From sequence record MK308675.1: DNA of 64,000 bases; one strand, written 5' to 3'. This document shows positions 1 to 9,331 of this stretch, piece by piece. The notes beneath the pieces were generated by a model. That model searched no databases. It was not told where the DNA came from and saw nothing but the letters and a program-made list of their open reading frames with translations. The position numbers and the translations under genes were made by a program. The first letter of the stretch is position 1; the number at the start of each line of letters is the position of its first letter.

Positions 1-27
1 TTTTTTTTTACGTGAGATTACTTATAG

Positions 28-46
28 GTAATATAGGTTTTAAAAA
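28..46 (-). promoter_or_regulatory. phiKZ-type early (virion RNAP) promoter firing leftward out of the window
   Basis: Minus strand reads TTTTTAAAACC-TATATTAC-CTATAAG. The core at 28-35 matches the phiKZ early consensus TATATTAC exactly and has an upstream AT tract. Confidence 0.75.
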
Positions 47-58
47 CGGCAGAAAATA

Positions 59-86
59 CAGCTAGTCCCCGCAAGAGGACTAGCTG
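59..86 (-). terminator. Intrinsic terminator hairpin after the portal gene
   Basis: Inverted repeat cagctagtcc...ggactagctg 11 nt past the portal stop, followed by a T-rich run on the minus strand. Confidence 0.7.
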
Positions 87-97
87 GTATCTTTATC

Positions 98-2476
98 TTA
101 CTCGGCTGGGAACTCAGGGAACTCTTCCTCTTCCTCATCAAGGAATGGGTCAGGTTCTGGCTGTGCTCCAAATCCGGTTTGTTGGCCACCGAATTGCCAC
201 GTAGGCAGAGGCCCTTGAGAAGGTTCAATCTGGCCGTAGTCTGCATCATCCTTATTAGGGATGCCGTCTTGGTCGACGTCAGTCTCAGCTAAAGCGTCTT
301 GCTCAACCTTACCGAGTTTCTCATCAGCTTTCATTAGGCCCTTAACAACTTCACCGATTGTCTCAAGGATACCGTCATGGTACTCGTTGAGTTTATCGGC
401 GATAACATCGTCATCTTCAGAGCTATGTAAACGTTGAAGTTCAGGTAAGATGTTTTCCGTACGCAAGTATTGGCGTTTGAAGTGTGCCGCGAATAGAGCG
501 CGGATTTCTTCAAGGGCATTACCTGTAATGTCGGCATTAATCAAACCACGTAGCATGGTATCTGAAATGTGTGCTTCCATTACGTCGTCAATGAAATCAG
601 CATAACGACTGTAAGCTTCGATTTGTTGCTCTAGACGAACTTCATCTGCTTGAGGCAGTTGTAAGTCGATTGCATCTAGGAACTCATCTACTTCATCTTC
701 ACCTACTGCGTCTTTAATCATCGAGTAAAGAGAGTTAGAGAGATAAGTAAACTTACGGATACGGTTACGCATCAGTTCACGGAAAATCTTCTGCTCACCC
801 ATACAGGTCTTGGCAAAGAGTTGGTTCTCAGTCAAAGTGTTGATTGCGAAGTCACCAGCCAATGCTTGGTCAACTGCTTCTGCTGGTACAGAGAAGCCTG
901 CATATTGAGCACGTTTAAGTTGCTCTGCTAGTTCGTCATCCACACGCTGAATGTTACGCTGTACGTCTTCTACTTCCAGTTTAGTGTTAGGGTAACGGTC
1001 ACCGCCGTCTACATTAACACGGATACCGGAACGACGTAGTTCGTCCAACATAGACGTTGCTGAGAATGTACCTAACGGAATCGAACGGTCAGTAATGCGA
1101 CCATACTCCATTAACATGGTACGGACTTGCTTAGGTGCATCACGGACTTTATCATCCAGGGTGATGTTCAAGCTCTGTTGTGGGATGTTGTTAGTAATCT
1201 GACGGATAAGGTCAGAGAACATAACCACTGCACGCAGAGAAGTATATAGCTGAGTTTTCTCAAGTAGAGAAACGCCCATACCTAGCGAATCGTAATCGAA
1301 CGCCATGTAGTCAACCATGTACGCAGGGACATATAGAAGACGAGTCTTCTGCTGTGCCATCGCACGAGAGAACATCAACCGATAGAAAGGTTCATGCTCT
1401 TTCAGTTTAAAGAACTGGCCATCGCCTGTCTCTTTAATCGCTTCAACGATTTGCTTCTCTACTTCTCTCTCATAGAGAGCCATGATTTCTTCAGCTTTAG
1501 AACCATCGCGCAAGTTCTCATCGAAACCCATTTGCTTAAGCGCTGAGTATTCTTGAGTAGACTCGCTTTCCATAGCCGCAGTCAAACGCTTGTTAAGTTT
1601 CTCGAAGTAGTTCGAGTCTTCTACGTTTGTTGCAATGTGTCCGTGCTCATCTAACTGGAAGATGTATCCGTTATGGATAGACGGGTCTGTTGGGTCATGG
1701 AGCGGGAGACATGAGTCTTTAGATGCTTCGAATAGAATTGGTTCGCCTTCTTTCTCTAAGTCCTTGCGGTTAGAGAAAAGAGAAACTAGGTTACGTTTCT
1801 TATTGCGGACAATAGGAGCAAACCCGATAGATTCCATTGCAACTTCAGTACGGCGGTTCTCTGCTTGCTGCTTACGGATAAGCGCTTCTCGAAGAGCATT
1901 AACGTTATCGCTGAAATCAGAGATACCTAATGCACCTAGCTTAATCTTACGCTCATCGCTAACAAACTTAGTGTGAGTCTGGAAGAAAGTAGAATCCAAG
2001 CTTTCCATGGATATTTCTTCCTGTCCTTGGATTGCTTGGTCTAGTGCGTTAGGTGGAATCATCACATAGATGTGTGCACCGTACATGAACAATGCTTCGT
2101 TGATGTAACGAGCCATGTCCTTTTCAAAGCGCGTATGTCGCTTCAAGAACTTCTCTACTTCAGTCAAACACTTATGAGCTTTCTCACTAGGTTCGTAGAG
2201 GTCCTTGTCAAATTTAAGTTTAAGCCCAACTTCGACAAAGTCACGTGGAGATAAGATACCAGAAGTTTTAAGTTCCATTACCTTATTGAACTCGGGGAAG
2301 AGCTCCATCATGCCTTTAACGTTGTTGAGTTGGTCGGTGGTTTCGTCGAGTATGCCTTTGACCTGCTCGAACTGTACCTCACTGTTCTGGCCCTGTCGTT
2401 GTTGCTCTGCCCTTTTAGACGCAACAATGGACCTTAGAGGAATTTCCCACTGACCTTCATCTTTATCACCGGCCAT
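98..2476 (-). CDS. Portal protein (phiKZ gp129-like)
   Basis: 792 aa. Portal-like core (AFDYDSLGMGVSLLE...NITLD...YAGFSVPAEAVD), N-terminal S/A-M-E processing sites and an acidic C-terminal tail. Divergent from the gp128/gp127-like pair, as in phiKZ-like phages. Confidence 0.8.
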   Translation of the reverse strand: MAGDKDEGQWEIPLRSIVASKRAEQQRQGQNSEVQFEQVKGILDETTDQLNNVKGMMELFPEFNKVMELKTSGILSPRDFVEVGLKLKFDKDLYEPSEKAHKCLTEVEKFLKRHTRFEKDMARYINEALFMYGAHIYVMIPPNALDQAIQGQEEISMESLDSTFFQTHTKFVSDERKIKLGALGISDFSDNVNALREALIRKQQAENRRTEVAMESIGFAPIVRNKKRNLVSLFSNRKDLEKEGEPILFEASKDSCLPLHDPTDPSIHNGYIFQLDEHGHIATNVEDSNYFEKLNKRLTAAMESESTQEYSALKQMGFDENLRDGSKAEEIMALYEREVEKQIVEAIKETGDGQFFKLKEHEPFYRLMFSRAMAQQKTRLLYVPAYMVDYMAFDYDSLGMGVSLLEKTQLYTSLRAVVMFSDLIRQITNNIPQQSLNITLDDKVRDAPKQVRTMLMEYGRITDRSIPLGTFSATSMLDELRRSGIRVNVDGGDRYPNTKLEVEDVQRNIQRVDDELAEQLKRAQYAGFSVPAEAVDQALAGDFAINTLTENQLFAKTCMGEQKIFRELMRNRIRKFTYLSNSLYSMIKDAVGEDEVDEFLDAIDLQLPQADEVRLEQQIEAYSRYADFIDDVMEAHISDTMLRGLINADITGNALEEIRALFAAHFKRQYLRTENILPELQRLHSSEDDDVIADKLNEYHDGILETIGEVVKGLMKADEKLGKVEQDALAETDVDQDGIPNKDDADYGQIEPSQGPLPTWQFGGQQTGFGAQPEPDPFLDEEEEEFPEFPAE

Positions 2477-2592
2477 CGGTAATCTCCTTATATAAAAGTC
2501 TATAAGATTCTTCGTTCTACCTAATTGGAAACAACGATTTTGCTTAATTGGAAGGCCCTAATCTAATAGGGGTTTACCCGGAGATTATACCC

Positions 2593-4683
2593 ATGTTAAG
2601 TGAACAGTTTGACCTTTACTACCAAGAGACGAAAACTCTGGTAGATTCATTTGTTTTTAAGTTCGATATTCAGAACACAATGTTGAACAACTATATAAAA
2701 GCTTTAGGCCATATTGTTGACGAAGACCCAAGAACTTGGAAATACAATCTAAACTTAGCAGGCGAGTACCATGCGCTAGATGCACCAATGACGGTTATAT
2801 CGTCGGATACTCAATCGGAAATATCTTTCGATAAGAACACGCTGCTTTTACACCCAAGGACGAAGGTTCGTCACGCAAGGGGACAAGATGACTTTACTAA
2901 GCTTGTCGCCCGTTATCCTAATCAGGAACTTCTCATTAACGGTATTGGTCGTCCGATTGCAATGGACGATGTTATTGCCGCCAGAGACTTCCAGCTTTTA
3001 GATTACAACCGCACTCTGATTGCGGCAAATGAAACGACTCTAATAGCTCGTATTCAGAAATGGGTTGACAACCATGTCGACCGAAATTGGAACCCTGACT
3101 TTGCCACTTCCAATCCGCTTTACCCTGCTTCCTTTATTGCTACCATGGCCCAGCTTTTGGTGGGCGCTGTTATGGTTATCCGTTCTGAGTTAGCCCATAC
3201 AAGTGAAGCATCACAATACGAAATATGGACTTATCTAAGTAACCACTATGGCTTAGATGAGTATCGTAACTTTTTAACCCTACCCCAATCCCTATGGTTG
3301 TACCGTAACATCGTTGACATCCGTAAGAATGCGGGTAAGACGAAGAAGCTAGAAGCGATGCTAGAGAACCTAGCTAAGCCATCTGGTTTGAACATTTCTA
3401 AGGTTGACTTTATTCAGTTAGATGTTGGCCTCTTGGAGACTAAGAAGAGAACCAGTTCTTTTTCTTTCTCTGATTATTTCAGTGACGAAGTTTCATTAGC
3501 ATCAGGTAACTTATTTAACTCCGAACAACTACATGAACTTATTAGCGACCAAGCACCTTACAACCCTACTACTTTAGATACTGACTCTGAGGAAGCATCT
3601 AAGAAAGGTAACGCGTTACAAGATAACCGATTACCTACTAAGGTTTTACGTGCCGATGAAGACGGTAGTCTGAAGACACAGACCGTGACCAACTTACCGA
3701 TGAAGGTGAACTATTGGGTTTACCTAGCACATTTAGATAAGTACACGCCTGACTTCACAATAGACATCCCTAACGCAGGTTCCATTTTCTTGAGTGCTAA
3801 AGAAGCATTCATTCTTTACGTCTATGCTGCAAACACCGCTATCGGAAACCCGATGGTAGAAATACCGGCTGTGACAGTCAAGTCTGTTATTCCAGTTTCT
3901 TATCCTATTGCAACGGACCTAGAAAGGTTTGTTCCGACAGAGTCAGCTGTGGGAGGAACAGACATAGCGAGACTGCTAGACAACTTAGTGGAGATAAGAG
4001 AATGTAACTCCATGAATGAGTTCACTCGTTTCGTAGACGAGATACTCAATCAGGAATTGCGTAAAGACTTAGAAGAGAATCTCTTCCAAGACCCCGTAGA
4101 CCGTTCCGTCATGCGAGACCTTTCCAACGCCCTTATTACTGACGTAGAGGTCCCTCTAGTCGACACAGTAACGCGTTATGATGATTGGCTGTATGATAAC
4201 GGTATTGATGCGGTTTCTCTTACACAGCAAGACTGGTGGGATATCTGCTCGACTATTCTTTCAACAGTGGTCGATTATACTGGGGACAATACTTCAATCG
4301 GTGCTCGTCAGAGAGCAATGGTTAAAATCTTAGATTCGTTAACTTCCTACGATGTCTTTATCTTAGGCGGTGAAGGTACAGGTCGTTCTCGTGAGCTGAA
4401 CTTCCCGAACATGTTATTACATCGCGTACACTTTGATATTCCTATCAGTGAACGCATTATAGCTGGGGAAGAAATCTCTCCTCGGTCTGCCGTTATGGTA
4501 GAAACAACAGCGACTCTTAAAATTGAAAACGGTCTGGAAGTGAACGTAGCTCCGCAGCCTGCCGTAGAACAAAGAATCGAAAGCGGTGAAACCGTGAACT
4601 TTGAAATCGACCGTGACAGTACCTTCTTTATAGATGCTCCGGTGCCTTCAGTTCGCCTAGTTAGTGTCGACCCACTTCCGTAA
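2593..4683 (+). CDS. Virion structural protein, probable baseplate component (phiKZ gp128-like)
   Basis: Long ORF (the track starts at TTG 2548; ATG 2593 has a GGAG Shine-Dalgarno). Motifs WKYNLNLAGEYH and WLYRNI...NAGK, plus synteny opposite the portal. Confidence 0.6.
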   Translation: MLSEQFDLYYQETKTLVDSFVFKFDIQNTMLNNYIKALGHIVDEDPRTWKYNLNLAGEYHALDAPMTVISSDTQSEISFDKNTLLLHPRTKVRHARGQDDFTKLVARYPNQELLINGIGRPIAMDDVIAARDFQLLDYNRTLIAANETTLIARIQKWVDNHVDRNWNPDFATSNPLYPASFIATMAQLLVGAVMVIRSELAHTSEASQYEIWTYLSNHYGLDEYRNFLTLPQSLWLYRNIVDIRKNAGKTKKLEAMLENLAKPSGLNISKVDFIQLDVGLLETKKRTSSFSFSDYFSDEVSLASGNLFNSEQLHELISDQAPYNPTTLDTDSEEASKKGNALQDNRLPTKVLRADEDGSLKTQTVTNLPMKVNYWVYLAHLDKYTPDFTIDIPNAGSIFLSAKEAFILYVYAANTAIGNPMVEIPAVTVKSVIPVSYPIATDLERFVPTESAVGGTDIARLLDNLVEIRECNSMNEFTRFVDEILNQELRKDLEENLFQDPVDRSVMRDLSNALITDVEVPLVDTVTRYDDWLYDNGIDAVSLTQQDWWDICSTILSTVVDYTGDNTSIGARQRAMVKILDSLTSYDVFILGGEGTGRSRELNFPNMLLHRVHFDIPISERIIAGEEISPRSAVMVETTATLKIENGLEVNVAPQPAVEQRIESGETVNFEIDRDSTFFIDAPVPSVRLVSVDPLP

Positions 4684-4703
4684 CCCTATAAAGGAACTTT
4701 AAA

Positions 4704-5540
4704 ATGTCTCAAGCATATACTTCCGTTAAAACTATTTACGGCGCAGCATTAGAAGCATCGCGTCGTCCAGGGAATAGTTTTACTCCTCTTCAGCACAGTA
4801 CACTAAACGAACACTTTAATATTGAGTTCGGTACTTCTTACCCAGCAGATGCTCAACCTGAAGTGCAGTACTTAGCTATCGGTCGTGGCGGCCACCGTAA
4901 CGTACCGGGTGGTAGTGGCGAGTCACTAACTGACAACCTACAACACCAAATCGTTAACGCGTGTTTGTTCGACCATCTTCCTTTCTTGCTCGTTCCTGTA
5001 GGCAGCGATATCTCTTCTTCTGAGCGCGATAAGTATCGCCTTCGTCGCGTAGAGAATCACGGCGGTTCAGATTACATTGCATACTACTTGAAGAAGATTG
5101 ACCAAGCAGTATCGACTCCAGTAATCAAAGAGTTGACTATCACAGATGGTAACATCACGGAAGACGTTTATACGCCAACGACTACTCAGCTACAGCCTAC
5201 TCCGGTTTCGATGACTAACGGCATCGTGAATACAGCAACGGGTAAACACATCGCTATTGATACTCCGTTCCCTGTTGTATTGAGTTCAGATGACGTGTCT
5301 AAGATTCTAGACGCTGTTAACATCATCTACTCTGATGCTCGTTACGCTGTAATCTCTGAGATTGGTATCGTGTCAGCAATCGACGCTAACGTAACAGCAG
5401 CATCTGACGGCGTTAACTACGTAGAAGCTCTAGCAGCACAAATCTACAACCACATCGGTACTAACATTCCTCTTGCTCAGCAGCAGCAGGGTGTAACCAT
5501 GAACTTCACTATCGGCACATCAATGCCTTGGGTACAATAA
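4704..5540 (+). CDS. Virion structural protein (phiKZ gp127-like)
   Basis: 278 aa. STLNEHFNI, YLAIGRGGH, LPFLL and KYRLR...YIAYYLK motifs typical of this family, plus synteny. Confidence 0.65.
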   Translation: MSQAYTSVKTIYGAALEASRRPGNSFTPLQHSTLNEHFNIEFGTSYPADAQPEVQYLAIGRGGHRNVPGGSGESLTDNLQHQIVNACLFDHLPFLLVPVGSDISSSERDKYRLRRVENHGGSDYIAYYLKKIDQAVSTPVIKELTITDGNITEDVYTPTTTQLQPTPVSMTNGIVNTATGKHIAIDTPFPVVLSSDDVSKILDAVNIIYSDARYAVISEIGIVSAIDANVTAASDGVNYVEALAAQIYNHIGTNIPLAQQQQGVTMNFTIGTSMPWVQ

Positions 5541-6121
5541 TGCTATATCCTTTACCGAAGGGTAGCACGTACAGAATAGTTGCAACTGACCCCGGCTCTA
5601 ATACAGCCGGGTTTGTTTGTGTCGAAGTAGATGTGGACAAAAGAACATATCATGTTATCGAAGCGATTACCGTAAAAGGTAATAACGTACTTAAACGTTT
5701 CGGTGAACTTAAGGAGCTCAATGAGGAACGCTTCATGAGAAACTTAGGTTATGGTATGGACTATGAAAACTTCCTAGTAAAACACGACCCTTTCTCAATC
5801 GCATCGGAGGCTCCTTATAAAGGACGCTTCGTAGCCGCGTTCAAGGCTCTAACAGAACAGATTACTGTACTGCGAGCTTTCCTATGGAAATGGGACCGTA
5901 CTAAGACCTTCCACCTTTATGAACCCTCAGTCGTTAAGAAAGCGATGGGTGTAAAGGGTGGCTCTAAAGATAAAGAAGATATGCGCAGGGCCCTTGCAAA
6001 AAGAACTGACATATCTTATGGCGACGGAATTTCTCTTGATGTCTTAGACGAACACACAGTCGATGCTGTGTGCGTTGCAATTCATCATTCGGAGAAGTTA
6101 AACTTATGGCCACAAACTTAA
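5540..6121 (+). CDS. ruvC: RuvC-like Holliday junction resolvase
   Basis: IVATDPGSNTAG (catalytic D), ASEAP (E), PSVVKKAM and DEHTVDAVCVA (D..D) give the RNase H-fold RuvC signature. The ATG overlaps the upstream TAA (TAATG). Confidence 0.85.
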   Translation: MLYPLPKGSTYRIVATDPGSNTAGFVCVEVDVDKRTYHVIEAITVKGNNVLKRFGELKELNEERFMRNLGYGMDYENFLVKHDPFSIASEAPYKGRFVAAFKALTEQITVLRAFLWKWDRTKTFHLYEPSVVKKAMGVKGGSKDKEDMRRALAKRTDISYGDGISLDVLDEHTVDAVCVAIHHSEKLNLWPQT

Positions 6122-6507
6122 AGAGTATGGTCTTAAGCTACGGAACGTATACTACCGGTCTAGGCGTAGGCAGCGCCGTCGGGAGAACCTCTGAGGAAGT
6201 GGAAGCGATATCGAAAGCAGCAGAAGCGGCTTATGCGGTTGACCCTACCACTCACTTCGTATTAAAGTGGTTCCCTGAGGCAGTTGCTCGTGGTGACCTG
6301 TATGTACTTGACGGTGGCTTATTCTACCAAGGAATCTCCTTTACCGTTATTTTCGGTATTGTAGTCAGTATCATTTCGATTGCTGGTTTAGTCGGGCGAT
6401 TCTATTTCGACTGGTCTATTGCTCGCATTAATCGTAAGATTAAGGAAGCAGAACTAGAAGACTTAGAAGAACTCGAAGAATGGAGTTCCTCGGAAAAGAA
6501 AAAATAA
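6106..6507 (+). CDS. Small membrane protein, possibly holin-like
   Basis: 133 aa from ATG 6106 (GGAG SD). One clear hydrophobic helix, ISFTVIFGIVVSIISIAGLVG, followed by a highly charged C-terminus. Confidence 0.45.
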   Translation: MATNLKSMVLSYGTYTTGLGVGSAVGRTSEEVEAISKAAEAAYAVDPTTHFVLKWFPEAVARGDLYVLDGGLFYQGISFTVIFGIVVSIISIAGLVGRFYFDWSIARINRKIKEAELEDLEELEEWSSSEKKK

Positions 6508-6516
6508 ATGAAAGAT

Positions 6517-6547
6517 ACCTCTCCCTAGCTATGTGCTAGGGAGAGGT
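6517..6547. terminator. Bidirectional terminator
   Basis: 13-bp stem acctctccctagc/gctagggagaggt between convergent genes, flanked by A- and T-runs. Confidence 0.8.
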
Positions 6548-6554
6548 CTTTTTA

Positions 6555-9290
6555 TTAATGTTTCGCTACAGCGAAGAACTTAGGTGCTGCTGGAGAACCC
6601 ACAGCTAGAACTTCAACGATTTCGCCCGCATGAGTAACAACATGGAAGTAGTTGTCTTCTACTTGCTTAGCGCGCAGTTCTTTAAACGTACCTGAAAGAG
6701 TACGGTAAAGAGTACGGTCTGCATCGTAAGATAGACGACCTAGAGGAATAGATTCTTCTACTGCTGCTACGACTACGTGAAGGTCACGAGTACGCTCAGT
6801 GATGTGGATAGAACCTTCTTCGTCACCGTTAGAATTAGAGAAGTTAGTTAGACCAACTAGTTCTGTCTCGATGATTTCTTGTAACTCACCCGCAACTTCT
6901 TCACCGTGTGCCCACTCGATTACTGACGCATGGTCTGCGTAGAAACTAGTTAGGGTACAAGTTGGGATTGGAGACGAGATACGGTAGCGTAGGCTTTCTA
7001 CGATTAGTTTAGTGAAGATAGCATCACAGTAACGGAACGCACTTGTTTTACCTGAGTCTTTCAGAGCCTTCATTAGCTGAATGAAAGATTGAGATACGTA
7101 AACGTCATCGCCTTCGTACTCTTCATCCGTATCACGTGCTTCTGCTTGCTGAGCTGCAAGTTCACATTGCTCACGGTAAACAGCTAGTAACTCTTCAGGG
7201 ATGTCAGTCATTGTAGGCACTGTTTCCAATGTGAAGCGATGAATCTCGATAGATTCAGACTTCTCATCAGCTACTAGCGCTAAACGACCTAACTCACCCC
7301 AGTCACTTGCCAGACCTTTGTTCTCACTGAACTCTACAGCGAATGCCTTAGGTAGACCTTGCTCAGTAAACTCAGCTAAGTCTTCCGCAGTACCTTCACC
7401 TTCTTCTAGACGCAGAGTGCGCTCGAATTGACCTAAGTGTGCTTCACGGTCCATCCATTTTTCCTTATCGATTAATACTTCGTAAACCGAACCTTCGTCA
7501 TCGTGACCGACTACGACAGTTTTCTCTTCTTTATAGATACCTAGGTCAGAAGCGAATGTGCTGCCAGCGTCTGCACGTAAACCGGTTTGGGTACGTTCAA
7601 CTACGTGGATTACTGTTCCATCGTTCAGAGTCAACGGAACACTGTTTTCTAGTAAGCTAATCACCTTAGTCTCTACAGCGGGAGCCGGTGCATGTGCATT
7701 TTGTGGAGTTGGCTGAGATGCTGAGTAAGGTGCTTGTTTTTCTGCCATACGGCGCTGACCGCGAGTACGGCGAGCCGAAGTCATTGAAGTCGGCTCTGCC
7801 GCAGCAGGTGCCGGTGCTTGACTGTATGCCGGGTTAGCTTGATATGGTTTAGATTGTGCTGCTGGCGTTGTACCTGCGTTACCTTGCGTAGAACTGTAAA
7901 CGTACGCAGGCTTCGATGGCGCAGGTGCTTGAGTACCGCCAAATTCAGCTGGGTTTAAAAGATTGTTTGCGATGCCGTATTCAATCCATTGAGCTTCAAT
8001 CTCTGGATTCCATTCTACGAAGTTAGGCTGGTAGCCTGGGTAAGCATCGTTAAAGATAAGTAGTGGCTGACCGTTAGGTAGGAACATCAACTGGCCATTG
8101 TCTTGCGCATGAATAACTGCAACTTTAGGTAAGAAGTTGTCCGCTAGTAAGAACGGAGAGCCATCACGGCATACCATTGGTACGCGAGCTTCTGCGCAGT
8201 AAACTTCTACTAGGCGTGGCTGTTGGTTATGGTTGTACATTGTAGTTTCCTCTTTATTCGTTGTGGCGGATGATACGCCTAAGTTACGTTTAGGTAGATT
8301 AGATTTACGTTGGTCCAAGACAGAATCTTCTTGTTCGACAAACTCAGGTTCAGCATATCCTGCTCCTAAGTTATCCATGCCGTCGTCGAAAGTATCTGGC
8401 TCAGGTGTTCTTACTGGTTCTGGTTCCATGTCCAGAAGGTTAGACATCGCTTCTAAAGCTGTCACGCGTTTCACTGGTGCAGTGTTTCCTGTTGGGGCAG
8501 CTACTGTGTTTTCACTGCTCACACCAATACGTCGCTGTGATTGTATTTTACGAGCACGGAACGCTTTATCAGCTTTGTTCTGTTCTCGTCTTTCTGCTTC
8601 ATCTATAGCGGCCTGTACTGAAGGGTCGAGGTTTTCCATGGGCTCTTCCGGTATTTCTAACGTCTTTGGCAACGTTCCTATATTTCCGTTTGCTACATCA
8701 CTTAATGTCAACGACGAAGTATCTTGTCGTTCACGAAGCTGACCATTAAAACGCTCATACGTTTCATTTCGTTCCTGTACTGACAGAGAGAAGAACGCTA
8801 GAGCTTTCGCTGCTTGTTCCTGTCCCAACCTAGCACGTTCGGTGTACTGGGCTTTATACTCCGGTGCAATCCCACTGAATAAGGCAGGCTTACGTACGAA
8901 GATATCAGAAAGTATGCGGATTGCTATTTCCGCTGGAAACGATAAGTCATTCTGTAATATAGGTGTAGGATGTTGTTCATCTGCTCCTAGCATTAAGTTC
9001 TCGTAAGCTACAGTTTGAATGAGCTGTTTAGAGAATAGTAATCCTTCAGGTGAGGTGAACGGTGAGTGCATGTCCGGCTCTTTGATGGCTTCATAGACAT
9101 CAATGAGTGGAGAACCGTACTCGTAAAGAGTATCGGCCATGGCATTCACGCCTTGACAGATATAGTCACACAGGACACCGTCTGCTTGACGCACTGGCGT
9201 TAAGCGTAGTTTGGAATCACAGAACCCTTTATTAAGGGCATTGGCAAACTTTAAATCGTAGCCGGGTGTATCTTCGAATATTTGGTCCAT
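6555..9290 (-). CDS. Large hypothetical protein with central Q/P/A-rich disordered region
   Basis: About 911 aa open frame directly downstream of the nvRNAP beta gene. No recognisable catalytic motif. Confidence 0.7.
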   Translation of the reverse strand: MDQIFEDTPGYDLKFANALNKGFCDSKLRLTPVRQADGVLCDYICQGVNAMADTLYEYGSPLIDVYEAIKEPDMHSPFTSPEGLLFSKQLIQTVAYENLMLGADEQHPTPILQNDLSFPAEIAIRILSDIFVRKPALFSGIAPEYKAQYTERARLGQEQAAKALAFFSLSVQERNETYERFNGQLRERQDTSSLTLSDVANGNIGTLPKTLEIPEEPMENLDPSVQAAIDEAERREQNKADKAFRARKIQSQRRIGVSSENTVAAPTGNTAPVKRVTALEAMSNLLDMEPEPVRTPEPDTFDDGMDNLGAGYAEPEFVEQEDSVLDQRKSNLPKRNLGVSSATTNKEETTMYNHNQQPRLVEVYCAEARVPMVCRDGSPFLLADNFLPKVAVIHAQDNGQLMFLPNGQPLLIFNDAYPGYQPNFVEWNPEIEAQWIEYGIANNLLNPAEFGGTQAPAPSKPAYVYSSTQGNAGTTPAAQSKPYQANPAYSQAPAPAAAEPTSMTSARRTRGQRRMAEKQAPYSASQPTPQNAHAPAPAVETKVISLLENSVPLTLNDGTVIHVVERTQTGLRADAGSTFASDLGIYKEEKTVVVGHDDEGSVYEVLIDKEKWMDREAHLGQFERTLRLEEGEGTAEDLAEFTEQGLPKAFAVEFSENKGLASDWGELGRLALVADEKSESIEIHRFTLETVPTMTDIPEELLAVYREQCELAAQQAEARDTDEEYEGDDVYVSQSFIQLMKALKDSGKTSAFRYCDAIFTKLIVESLRYRISSPIPTCTLTSFYADHASVIEWAHGEEVAGELQEIIETELVGLTNFSNSNGDEEGSIHITERTRDLHVVVAAVEESIPLGRLSYDADRTLYRTLSGTFKELRAKQVEDNYFHVVTHAGEIVEVLAVGSPAAPKFFAVAKH

Positions 9291-9298
9291 AAGCAATA

Positions 9299-9322
9299 AC
9301 TGGGCAGCTTACGCTGCCCAGT
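9299..9322 (-). other. Intergenic RNA hairpin (10-bp stem, GUAA loop) just before the 911-aa gene start
   Basis: actgggcagc/gctgcccagt perfect stem. No adjacent U-tract on the coding strand. Confidence 0.55.
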
Positions 9323-9331
9323 CCCTATTAG

